A stretch of 64,000 nt of DNA, taken from Bigelowiella natans CCMP2755. Its lineage: Eukaryota; Protista; Cercozoa. Shown here piece by piece: positions 24,737 through 36,890 of this stretch; positions within the stretch are counted from its first letter, which is position 1, and every line of letters begins with the position of its first letter. A program made the translations under genes and the position numbers. The stretch covers positions 17,174-81,173 of the forward strand of contig ADNK01001423.1 of assembly GCA_000320545.1 (NCBI GenBank), given 5' to 3'. A model generated the notes under the pieces. The model did not search any database. It saw nothing but the letters and a program-made list of their open reading frames with translations, and was not told the DNA's origin.

Positions 24737-27700
24737 ATGTCGACTATCAAAAAACTAAGGATCCAAGGTGTGCGATCGTACGCAGCAAACAAGGCTGGAA
24801 CTATAGAGGTTTCATTCGCATTCATCTTCTCGATTCTGGTTGACACTAGATGATGATGGCTTAGTTCTTTAAACCTCTGACGATCATCGTTGGCGCAAAC
24901 GGTTCAGGAAAGACGGTAGATATTTCAACTGTTTTGCTGTATTTTTTTGACAATTTTCTATGACAGACGATAATCGAATGTTTAAAATTCGCAACCACTG
25001 GGGATCTGCCTCCACTAAGTGATAAGGGTAAAAGCTTTGTTCACGATCCCAAGGTTGAAAACGGGCCATTCGATTCATTTTGGAGGTACTCTGGTAACTT
25101 TAGCTTTCTACGGCACAGATTCGTGGTGTTCCTGTAGTCAAAGGAAAAGTTATGCTTGGATTTCAAACCGGAGATGAGAAGACATTCGTAGCAACGCGCG
25201 CCTTTCAGTTGACTCAAAAGACCAAATTAAAGCGCGAGTACAAGTTGATAGACAGCGTCATACGAACCAGAACGGCTGAAGGAGAGGTACGCCGAAGTTG
25301 TTCTTAGGATTTTGTTGATATTAACTTTCTGTTCAGGAAAAAGCTGTTAGTCAAAGATGTGCAGACTTTGAGAAACAAATTCCGCTTCTGTTGGGAGTCT
25401 CGAAAGCTGTTTTGGAGAATGTTGTATTTTGCCACCAGGTTGGGTCTTTGATAGATATAAGTTTCTATTACTGGACATATTTTCCCGGAACGAACATATT
25501 CGCTAAAATACATAGGAGGATTCCAACTGGCCTCTAAGTGACTCTAAAACATTGAAAAGCAAATTTGACGATATCTTTGCTGCAACAAGGTACGATACCA
25601 ATACAGAAGAAATGGCCCAACCGTGATATACATTCCTAATTCTCAGGTGGACACAGGCACAAGATCGAATTTATAAACTTCGAAAGAAAAAATCTAAACA
25701 AATAAAGGAATTAGACAACGAGATGAAGGTTATGGAAGTAAGCCTCCAGACTGCGAAAAAGGTTTACTTTCGAATGAAGTTATAGATTGACACCATTGTG
25801 ATTTGTATAAGCTATCCGCAGATCCAATCCAACAATATTCTTCTGGGGCGTGACATCAAGGCCCACAAAGAGAAAGCCGACAAACTGTCCGAAGATCGAA
25901 ATCGATATATGGAAAAGCTTCAGGATCTGCAAAAAACAGGCAAAGATATCGAGAATCTGAGACTGAAAAGAGACCTTGAGAAGCGTAATCTTATGGAACG
26001 AATCAAAGAGAAGGAAGAAGCTCGGAACCAAGTTAAAGAGGATCTCGAAGGCACTACCAAACAACTGAAGGATGCGAAGGTTGAGGTTCAAGGTCAGATA
26101 TCAAAGTTAGAAAATCGGATTCAAAACTTGAATGAGAAATATTCTGCGCTAATCGACGAGAAATCCAACATGGAAAGGGAATTAAACAGTGTGACGATGG
26201 CTATCGGACAGGCTCAGGCCGAGCAGGTGCAGTACGATAAGGATAAAAAGCAGTGTGAAATCACAACCATACAGTGCTGCCGTAGATACAAGCTCGCTGG
26301 GATTGATGTGGACGGTTCAATGACGGTACAGACATTTGAGCACGTTGCAGAAAGCCTCAAGAGGCTCACAGAAGAAAATACCATCAGAGAGAAGAAGCAT
26401 AAGAAGCAGGCGACGGATGCGGATGCTGAGTTTGAGCGCGAGATCGCAATGATTAGTGAAAATATGAGGCGCGTGAGTCAAGACGAGAGTTATCGTAGAG
26501 AGGAAAAGAAGAAATTATCGGTTCAGCTGCGAAATATCGAAGATGAAAAAAGACTTATAGCTGCTCAATTAGGAAGCGAATCGGATGTGAATGTGAACGT
26601 TCAGGTTGTGAAATTGGAGGCGGAGCTCAAAAAGCTCAAGGATATGGAGGACTCGAGTTCTTGTCAAAACCAAATAAATGCCAAGATGCGGAGACTGGAG
26701 ACCGGAAATAGCGACCTGGAGCTTCTTAAGATGCAGCAACAGGAGTTTCAAGGAGCCTCGGAGGCTCGGATGCAGCTCAAACTTCGTCAACAAGGTTTCA
26801 AACATCGCAAGAGCGAGCTGGAACAGAAGTTTAACGAGAAGAAAATCGAGTTTTGTGACTTGTATAAGGTCGAGCAAGTTACGCCGGAAACCATTATAGC
26901 TGAGAACAAGCGTGGTCTTCAATGCCTAAGTGCTGAAATTGTCAAGGATGATGCCCAGCATGCAGAACTCGACCGGCAAGTATCTTCGTTTGAGGGCGAG
27001 TTACATTCAACGAAAAGTCAAGTTGATACAATACGAAAAGAAATATTCAGAGAAAAGGAATTGTTCGAGGCAAAGAGCATCTGCATAGAAGAAAAAGGCC
27101 TTCCTGAGCTAATCTCAGAGTTTGAGAAGCAACACAAGAATGTCAAGGAGGAAGTCGATATGTGGGAGCCGTTCCTCAAGATCTACAATATCCTTAAAAT
27201 GCAAGCCCACAAAAGCCACAAATGTTCCTTGTGCGAGCGTAGCTTGGATGAGGGACAACTTCGGGAATTTGACAGCCTAGTCGACAAAAAAATCCGAAGT
27301 TTGAGCAAGAGTGACCAAAAACGTAAGTTTATGGAAAAGGAGGCCAAGCTTGCATCAAAACTCTCCACACACCGTAACATGCTGGGAAACTGGACCAACT
27401 ACCAACAGCTCTCCCGCCAGCTGCCTCAGGCAAAGAAAAAGATGGTTGAGCTAGAGAACAAAGTTATCAGCGCTAAGAAGGCACGGGAAGCTAAATCTAT
27501 AATGAGAAACACACGGCGCCGTCGTATGCAAAAAATGGAGGCCTTGCAACCAGTTATCACTAAAATAGGGTTGCTCATGGAAAAGTGCAGGGATGATGAG
27601 AGAAAAATTCAACAGGAGAAAGAAGCACTCCCTGCAGGATTTAGCGAAGAAGATGTAGCCAAGGTTGAAGCTGACATTGATAGGATTAGTAGGGAGAATA

Positions 27701-29091
27701 CGAATCTCAGAAGGGAGATCAATGATCTTATAGCACGGCAAAGAACGACTTTGAAACGTCGAGAAGAGCTGCAGAGCAAGGTCAACGAACTGCGCGAGAA
27801 GCAAGCTGCTCATCAACGTCTACATCTAAAGCTCGAGGCCCTTGATAAGGAAACGTTTCAGAAAGAAAAACGGATATTGGAACTTGATGCGAAGATGAAA
27901 ACCCTCAAAGAGGAACTGCAACCTATTAGAGACAAACTTGAAAGGGTCAATCGTGCACGAAAGGACTGTCGTGAGAAGCATGGAAAACAGGAGAAGATGT
28001 TACAGAAATGGCGCCAGGACTTATTAGGCGAGTTTAATATTCTGAGAGGGAAAATAGTTTCCTTGAAGGAGCTGGGATCTGTCGAGAAGCGATCTGAACG
28101 TGAGAACCTCTTTCGTCAAAAGGTGCGTTTCCAAAAAGCCATTGCAGAGACTGATGAGAAGCGCAAGAATTTAATTCGTACCAAAGAAAAGTGTACTAAA
28201 TTAATAAAAACAAAAGAGGACTCCCAACACAAAATAGATACGATGTTGAATTATAAGGAGAAATGTGAAAAAGTTGTAGTGGCCCGCAAAAGGGCGGAGG
28301 AGTTGCATGTTCAATTAAAAGAACATGGTGGATTGGACCTGGAAGGATCGACAGAGAAAGTGCGGGAGAGAATAAGTTTACTTCAAAGCCGTGTGGATAA
28401 GTTACAGGGAAAGATCGCTGCCAAGAAACAGCAAATTACCCGCAATGACGAGGAACTAGCAACCCCGAGGCTATTTGATGTTGAAGAGAAACATCGCAAG
28501 CTGATGATAGAAACATATATCAATAAGAAGGCACTGAAAGACCTGGAAGTGTACTCAAATGCCCTTGAGTTAGCCCTGATGGAGTACCACTCTGCAAAAA
28601 TGGAGGAGATCAACGATGTACTCCGAGACTATTGGTCGACCACCTACTGTGGTCGGGACATAGAAGAAATTCGAATAGAGTCCAATCACACTACAGAACT
28701 CAAGGGACGACGGCAGTACAACTATCGTGTGGTTATGAAGCAGCGTGACACGTTACTGGATATGCGTGGACGGTGCAGCGCTGGACAAAAGGTCCTAGCG
28801 TCGTTGCTAATACGACTTGCATTGGCAGAAACCTTCTGCACTAAATGTGGAGTTCTGGCCTTGGACGAGCCCACTACCAACCTTGATCAGGCAAACATCC
28901 GTCAATTTGCACGGGCTCTTAATGAAATCATTCAACGGCGTTTGGAGCAGAAAAACTTTCAGCTCATCATAATTACGCACGATGAAGAGTTTGTAGATAT
29001 GCTTGGGCAGCGGGACCATTGTGACTATTACTACCGAGTTTACAAGGATGAGGAACAGAATAGTCGAATCAAACAACAACCTTTCGAGTAA
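24737..29091 (+). CDS. RAD50: DNA repair protein RAD50
   Basis: [15 protein letters not shown]; Walker [11 protein letters not shown]; FVHDPK; Q-loop VVFCHQEDSNWPL; zinc hook CSLC; signature [25 protein letters not shown]; Walker [11 protein letters not shown]; H-loop IITHDEEF. Seven short 5' introns, then one exon of about 3.27 kb. Confidence 0.97.
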
Positions 29092-30033
29092 CCCCAAACC
29101 TATATGCAACTTGAAACTATAGACAGGTTCACATATGACGTGATGAATGTAGAATGTCGTTCGTTCGTACTGATAGTATTTGCAATGTTGGGACGCTACA
29201 TGCTCTGTATGTCACCAATGCTATTAAGCGATATCATAGATGAGTGGATCGTATCTTTCAAGCCTCGAAACTATACACAAGATGCGAATGCTGGCTCGCT
29301 GGTGGCTGATGATGGCGCCTTTTTTTATGCCATACCGGTGCCTAGTACGGGTATCATCGCTGGTCGGTTGCTGTTGCTGTTGTTGTGTCTACTTGCTTAG
29401 TTACGGTAGAGCGCATCAGATCTAGACAACAGAGAGGTGAACGGATTGTGTGATCATTTTTGACTGCCCATGCTATGTACATGTACAATTTGACCACATG
29501 CATCTATGCTCGACATCTAGACATCCTTGATATGCTTTCATGCACATGTGTGGAAATCAGCACACATGTGGCACATCTCTAGATCTAGACATGCACGTTT
29601 ATGTCTAGACGCATGCTATGATAGAATACGCACATAAAACACAGCTAGATAGCGCCGTGCGTAGTTGTTATGCTCTAGTGTTGAAGAATGTGGTGTAAGC
29701 GACAAGCATGCTAGCTAGCTAGCACTAGAGCATGGGTCGAGTCCGCTACACGCTAGCACGTGTGAAACATGGAAGATACTTTCGATCACAACACATTGCT
29801 GTCTATTAACATGTACTAGTGTACCATACGAACTCATTGACTGGTGCATGACGCTGCTGACACGGGGGGTGTCTAGGTGTGTCCGCATACATCTAGTCAT
29901 GATTTTTCTCAACGCTCTAATAACATGGTATCCGATGTATCTATATCTAGGTATAAACATGTTGGCGTGCATGGAATACATCGAACGATACACCTATTTG
30001 CCTTGTGTTTTTTGCGTATATGAACTACAGACA

Positions 30034-30090
<57 letters not shown>

Positions 30091-30449
30091 AAAAAGACAG
30101 CGTGCAAGATCTATCAAGCTACAATGACGAGCGCTAGCTAGCTAGAGCGTAGTATGGCAGATCCCTGATACGATCGTGGCATTGTTTCTAAAAGGAAAAA
30201 TTGTGTAACATGGGAGGCTTCCGCAACCCATCTTTATTCGCTCGAGTTCTTGGCGATGGGTCTATATGTACTTGCTAAATGGCGAAATTGCACATATTGT
30301 CTCTACTTCTGGGAACAGCCCAACAGCAGGGACGGTTAAGCTGCTGTGTTCATTAGACATTCACATCGGAACCACTGTGAAATATACCCTACTTTAGTTG
30401 CATCGATTCCTGTGCTTTGTGATGTCCTTTGTTTGCAATTTAGAGTTGG
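29092..30449. repeat. Convergent spacer 4, RAD50 / cold-shock protein; palindrome-rich core about 29400-30160
   Basis: Dense CATG/CTAG words (TCTAGATCTAGAC, GCATGCTAGCTAGCTAGCACTAG at about 29706, GCGCTAGCTAGCTAG at about 30131), with a (TA)n tract inside. Confidence 0.8.
30036..30087. repeat. (TA)n microsatellite
   Basis: Uninterrupted TA dinucleotide run of about 50 bp. Confidence 0.95.
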
Positions 30450-30951
30450 TTAACGGGTACTCAAAGTAACATCCTCAGCTACGGGCCCTTTCTCTGAATC
30501 TGCGATTACAAACTCTACACGTTGGCCAGTCTCCAATGCACGGTAACCCTGTCCACGGATGTTTGTGTAATGAACGAACAAGTCTGATCCATTCTCCCTC
30601 ATAAGAAAGCCAAATCCCTGACATCATTCCAATCCTCACAATAAGTTAATTGGGCATTTCTTGCGATGATATGATTAGATTACCTTCGATGGGTCAAACC
30701 ACTTCACTGTGCCGTGCTCCCTATCAGACGGTCGCTCGGTACAAAGGCTTCGAGTGATAGGTGCCTTCAAGATCTAAAAATATTGTCCATTTCATGTTTC
30801 AGCTGTCAATGAAGAGTCGTACTTACTTCGTAAAATTTACCTGCGGATTTATGTGTATATTCATAGTCTTAATCAGCGGTCTTGGAGTGAATGCAGACGC
30901 TCGTCGAACTAGCATCCTGAGAACTACACGATTTATAATTCGATGTGCCAT
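30450..30951 (-). CDS. Single cold-shock-domain protein (CspA-like) with Arg-rich N-terminal presequence; 3 exons
   Basis: Exon 1 (30951-30841) MAHRIINRVVLRMLVRRASAFTPRPLIKTMNIHINPQ. Exon 2 ILKAPITRSLCTERPSDREHGTVKWFDPSK. Exon 3 GFGFLMRENGSDLFVHYTNIRGQGYRALETGQRVEFVIADSEKGPVAEDVTLSTR*. RNP1 (KGFGF) and RNP2 (LFVHY) are present. Confidence 0.9.
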
Positions 30952-31410
30952 TTTCTTTCGCGATCTGCCCTTATTCTGCTTTATGTGAACGAATCCCCCG
31001 CTTCGGAATGCATCTACGGGGGGGCAGAGTACGATCAATTTTGCCGAAAAAATAAGGTTTCATATAATAGGACAAACGACATGCATTTCTACTAATTTAC
31101 ACAACAAAATAATACTGATAAATCTTAAATAAAGCCTTCTTAGCGGGCAGCGTACCTTCCGTGCTACTACTTGCGGGGAGGGATTTTCCTTGCTTCATTT
31201 CTTTAAAAAGGTTGCACGTTGAACTTCTAATATCAATGACAGAAAAAAAAAGAGGGGCGGGGGGATGGAAAAATACCAAGAGAGGAGGGAATGATAGCGC
31301 AACATGGTTGTAGATAGGATAAAATGAAAAGCTGATCTAGTCAATGAGACGAAACGATGTAAAAGTGGACGTCAACTTTCGTTCTTGATAATTCTTTGTC
31401 AGAAGGTCCA
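30952..31410. promoter_or_regulatory. Probable bidirectional promoter, cold-shock protein / CWC15 (459 bp between the ATGs)
   Basis: Divergent start codons at 30951 (-) and 31411 (+). Promoter function is inferred from geometry. Confidence 0.55.
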
Positions 31411-32660
31411 ATGACCACTGCTCATAAACCAACATTCCATCCTGCTGTGGGAAGCGCCAATCCAGGTGGATATAGATACTATGCTCCCAGGGCACAGTAT
31501 TCTTCCCGTGACATGCCTGGACAGCTCACTCTCAAAACAAGGTACAAATATGGACTTCACTATCATAAGTACTAATTGCAGTAGTAGTAGTGGTAGTAGT
31601 AGTCGTAGTAACAGTAGTAGTATTAGTATCAGCAAAGGAGTCAATGATAGAAATAATTTTCAATGGTGCAGAGGAGTTGGACAAGGCAGTGCGCAAGAAA
31701 TCAACCAGCGCGACCTCAAGGCTGAGCTTTTGAAGAAAGAAAAGGAACACTTCGACAAAAAAGAAAACGGTGAATATCAGTAGCGTATAAAGAAATTGTG
31801 GATTATGTTTACCATTTGATTGAATTCTGAGTTAATTTGTGTCAATATCTAGAGAGGAGAAAGAAGCTAGGACTTCCCCCACTCGCAGGAAATGAAGAAG
31901 GTAACTTCATTGTTTATCGAAGGGAAAAAAATACATCCAATCGTGTCTAAACGATAATTGTGTGCAGTTGCCCCAACATTGACGCTGGAGAATGTGGATT
32001 TATCGAAGTACGATGATGACGACGATGATGACGACGAGTCGGATAATTCAGATGACGACGACGACAGGTAGAGAGTACAAGTTAACATTTTGTTGAAGTT
32101 GCAAGATTAAAGATAAGTTTTGAAATAAGGAAACTGGAAAACTTAAAGTTTTGTAGCTACAAACTGCTATGTCAGATCTTTAATTTCTTGTGTCTTATTT
32201 CCAGCGATGATGACGAGGACGAAAAAGCGGAGTTAGAGCGTGAGTTGGCGCGCATTAAAAAGGAGAGGGAGGAAGCAAAATTACGTCAGGTTTGTATTCT
32301 GAAAATGAACATGCCCATGCCCTGCTTAAACGCGAAAATAAATATTCCAGCAAATGGAGGAGGCATCTAAAAGAGACCATGAGAGGACATTGGCGGCATC
32401 ACGGGGTAACCCATTATTGAATTTGGGTGGCAAGTCGAATTTCAATGTCAAAAAGAGGTCTGTTAATTTTCTTGCTGTTAGAAATCTACACTTTTCGTGT
32501 GATTCAACATCGGTGATCCCGTCTATTTCTTATTAGATGGTACGAAGACGTCGTTTTCAAAAATCAAGCTAGGGATGCACCAAAGGCACAGAAAACCTTC
32601 GTTAACGACACAATTAGGAATGCATTCCATAGGAAATTCTTAAGTAAATACATGAAATGA
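31411..32660 (+). CDS. CWC15: Spliceosome-associated protein CWC15 (multi-exon)
   Basis: [14 protein letters not shown]...[16 protein letters not shown]; acidic middle; [20 protein letters not shown]; RGNPLLN; final exon [13 protein letters not shown]...[20 protein letters not shown]. Confidence 0.95.
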
Positions 32661-34048
32661 CCGTATTTGGTGTCACAGTTTTTGTATCTAGCGAAAATAA
32701 GCACCTCCCGACAATTGGATGCTACTAGCCCTGATAACAGTGGGGTGAATGTTATAGAGTTGTGCACGTGGATAACCGACAGCAGGAAGGTTGCTGGCTT
32801 GGTTAAATCTTATTCGCCGAATGTGCATGAATCGTGCACGAAGTTTTTTTTCAATATCATTTCGACTATTTATATCACTCGATCAAACTAACTATATGAA
32901 GTGTACACGTTGCTCCGGCAACTCTAGTTCATATACGTATTCTAACCTACCTACCTGTCGAATCATTTTGCTGAAGAATACTGCATTTAGAGGTGCCCAG
33001 TGCAACGTGCAGCCGTATTAGTGCAGAATGGCCATTAGTATAGATTACGCCTTATTTCGTAACGACTCAGCCGTCTACGCTAAGACATGTCTAGATGTAC
33101 TTGCATGCGGCCACGCGCTACACTGACCAAATTAACTTGCGTGCAGCCCACCATGCATGCACTGTAATAATTGAGGCACCTAGGCACGACTACGACGAAA
33201 GCACGATGCGTTTCAGGTCGTATCCTGTCGTCAATCACGAGCAGCATGCATAGCATGCAATGCCTTGTTCTTCGCAGTATTTGTTATTGTTTTTAGCTTG
33301 AGCAGCAACATGCACTTGAGTCATTAGTTGCGGCAACGATGCTCCTGCTTGTAGATGCGAGGCTCTAGCACTAGAGCATAGCTGCTGTGTCATTGTTCCG
33401 CACAGCAACATGCTAGCATGTACGCACAGCCTAGATTATGAACTTGCCTAGTGGGACAAAAGCTAGAGAAAGTACCGGCATACCGACATTAGTAGATCAC
33501 TAGATCAATCGATCCAGCTAGCCAGGCGAACATAGCAGTGCTAGAGTAGCTAGATTGCCCTAGCTAGCTAGCGCATCAACCTTAGTGCCAGCTAGCTAGA
33601 GCTAGACTGAGACGTATGTTTAAACATGCATGTCTGTACGGACTGAGTGGACTAATTCAGGCTGGCTATGCACAGCTAGACAGCTACATCTTAGCTCTAG
33701 ACACATGGCTAGCTAGATATAGGCAGGGCTACTCTAGTACCATAGCGTGGCATGCTCGCTGCGGCGTGCATTCACGTACGACGATGTGGCGTGCAACAAG
33801 AACACATAGCGCATAGCTGCAGCGGCATATACATGTCTAGATGTACCTAGCTTCTGTAGACGTACATGCTAGCATGTTGAGTACATAACTGATAACATAA
33901 ATAGCTCGCTAGCATATCTATACATGCATGCGCGGCTCTGCATAGCTAGATAGCTACATTAGGATGACAATTGAAAAAATGTTATAATTTTATTACATCG
34001 TCTCATGTATGCATCGCATAGCAGTGTAGTAGCCACACACGCTGCTAC

Positions 34049-34089
<41 letters not shown>

Positions 34090-34226
34090 CAAATGAACAC
34101 ATTAGTCTAGAAGTATATATCTAGATATGTGCTAGCGCTGGCCCAGACAATGTATGTATCAACTGACATCTTGACATTTTGTCGAAGTGAAAAGAAGCAA
34201 GATGCAACTGTTTTTGGGCAAATTAC
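32661..34226. repeat. Convergent spacer 5, CWC15 / sorting nexin; palindrome-rich core about 32980-34140
   Basis: CATGCTAGCATG at 33409 and 33865. ACATGTCTAGATGTAC occurs twice (about 33086 and 33832). (CTAG)n runs at about 33560-33605. Holds copy 2 of the 57-bp repeat. Confidence 0.8.
33950..34006 (+). repeat. Dispersed repeat, copy 2 (homologous to 18675-18732)
   Basis: Same-strand copy sharing ATAGCTACATTAGGATGAC...ATTGAAAA...ATTACATC(C)GTCTCAT. Confidence 0.85.
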
Positions 34227-35442
34227 TTAAATTATATCGTTTTTAATGTTCTTTCCTTCGTGTTCTAGAGTCACGAGTACGGATTTCCAGGCTTGTGCGG
34301 TGGCTTCTGCTTCCTTTATTTGCAACTGCACAAACGATCTGAGAGCATGCTTTATATCCTGCACAGAATGAACAGCAAAATAAAAGTTTTGTAAAGCCTA
34401 ATATATAACCATATTGCGTAATTAAGACACTATATGGTAATCCTTCCTTGCAAGGTAGTATCATGATGCAATTAAGAATTCGCTACACTTTGTGTGACAA
34501 AATTGCAACTTTCCTTTTCCATTTATACCTTTTGTTTTTCAACTTTAAAGCGGTTTTTCTCATTCAGGGCCGATCTTGTGATCTATAGAACCATGGTAAT
34601 AGCAATAGTAGCGCACACACGCACGCACACACGTACAGGCACGAAGACGTCATACTTGTAGCATAGCCGATCTACTAGAAATATTAATGTGATCTTACCT
34701 CTTTAAGTTCTTGTTGGGTTTCATCTACATTGTTCTGAGCATTCTTCAAAGCCTTGATATCATCATAAGTTAGGCCGACATCTCAACGTCATCAGAAAAG
34801 TGTATAAGTATTCAAGGTAGGCGGCGCATGATTGTTATCTCTCTCTCTCCTCACCGCTGTAGCAGCTTCTATGGAGCGTTTGTCAGCCGTGGACGCAGCC
34901 TTAATCGCATCTAGAAAAGCAATAATGGTGATGGCGGCACAATATGTGAAAATCAATATATTGATGGTGGGAATTAGAAGGAAGGATAAGAGGAACTCAA
35001 TAATAATACATTGGTTATCTTTATGCGCACCACAATATATCATATCCCCCAGTGTTTGATGTGCTGTAAGATGCTCTATATGATGATGGTGTGACTATAC
35101 TTAGAGAGGCCTTCTTCTTGCTTTGTATGCTCAAAGCTATCTGATGTGTGTCTAGTGCCCTCTCACGATTCAGCAAGATCTTCTTCATAGAGCTTGACAG
35201 CGAAATATAGTCCTAATTCATATCAATAAGAAGATGAAACACGTAAGTAAGAAGAAGATATTGTAGTAGTATTGCGGTTAGCCTTAACTTCTAAGGGTAT
35301 GCGTCTTTGCTAACAGAAATACACTCTCTCCCCTCCACCTGATCATCATTTTCTCTATTCTTTCTGGTACGTAAAATATCACTACCACTATCACTACAAT
35401 TACTAGCTTTACTGGTAATCCATTGATACCATCACCACAAAA

Positions 35443-35474
<32 letters not shown>

Positions 35475-36007
35475 TTACTGGTAGTACCTTCAATGGTTCG
35501 GCAAAATTCTCGATGCTCATGTCCACGGTTTGGGCCAAGATTACGGGCATGCGATCACAACATCGAGCAACCTTTGCCAGCAGACCTTGTGGATATTATG
35601 TGCAAGTAGCAGTAGAAGGAGGAGGAGGAGGAGGAGGAGGGGGGGGGAGGAACGAAGTACGAGTAGTAGTAGTAGTGGTAGTAGAAGTAGTAGCAGTAGC
35701 AGAATGAGTCATTCTCAACGTGCTGATTGATTGTACTTGCTTCTTCAGTACCTCCAAGTGAAAATGATGATGATGATGACGACTGGTCTTTATAATCATC
35801 ATTCTCCTCCTCCTCCTCCTCTTTGTCATCTTCCTTTTCAGATTTTGCAATACCCATGAGGCAACGTCCCAGAGCTAACCACGACTTACCCTCCTCCTTG
35901 CGGCGTTCCAATAACTCTATTGAGGTCGCAAATGTGCTGCTGAACAGATGCTCTAGTTCGGAGCCTAGATATTATGACACGAATGTCTCCTCTTGTAGGT
36001 TCATCAC

Positions 36008-36042
<35 letters not shown>

Positions 36043-36318
36043 TCATTATCATGATCATATATATATACTTACAATGATGAGTTTCCCGACTGCACAGTTC
36101 ATCTTCAGATGTTTTTGGCCTGAGATGACTAGAAGCGGGCTTGGCACGTAGGATAAATGGCTTGAGCATAGCAGATCCAAATCCTGACAGCAGAGATCCG
36201 AGTGCTGCTGCTGCGGTGGTGCTACTATTCCCAGTACTACTACTACTACTACTACTACTACTTATGTTGCTGTTACTGATGCTGCTGGAGGAAGAGGGAG
36301 AGCGAACTCCAGTGTTAT

Positions 36319-36352
<34 letters not shown>

Positions 36353-36816
36353 GGTTTTGGTCATGCTAGCTGAGGAGGAGGAGGAGGAGGAGGGGGAACT
36401 TGCAGCCAAAAACGTCTTTGCTTTCTCACCTGTGAATGTACCCTTTTGTGCCACATGCACATATGTGAAACAATTAGTCTTTGGTAACTATTTTGGTTTG
36501 ATTTTAGTGATTTTCATCTTCCTTTCTACTTAAAAGAGTTCCCCTTATTCCCCCCCCCCCCCCCTCTCTCTCTCGATGTGTATGATTACGCGTTTTGCTT
36601 GCGTGGTGCATGCTGGATAATTAATTATATTATGATATCTTTCATCCTCACCATCACCTCAACATCTTACTGAAAATCACCATCATCATGGTGTTCATCA
36701 TATTCCGCTGCTATTCCTTACCTCCATCCGGAGAAATAGTCTCAGGAGAGGATCGGGTCTAACGATATTGGTGATGATGGACACACACACACACACACAC
36801 ACACACTTTTTTCATC

Positions 36817-36847
<31 letters not shown>

Positions 36848-36857
36848 CGCTGATTTG

Positions 36858-36890
<33 letters not shown>

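Noticed and set aside
35423-36533. Multiple ORFs with poly-L, poly-V, poly-M, poly-I or poly-Y tracts (also throughout 54500-62000)
   Set aside because: Produced by translating trinucleotide microsatellites in off frames or on the opposite strand.
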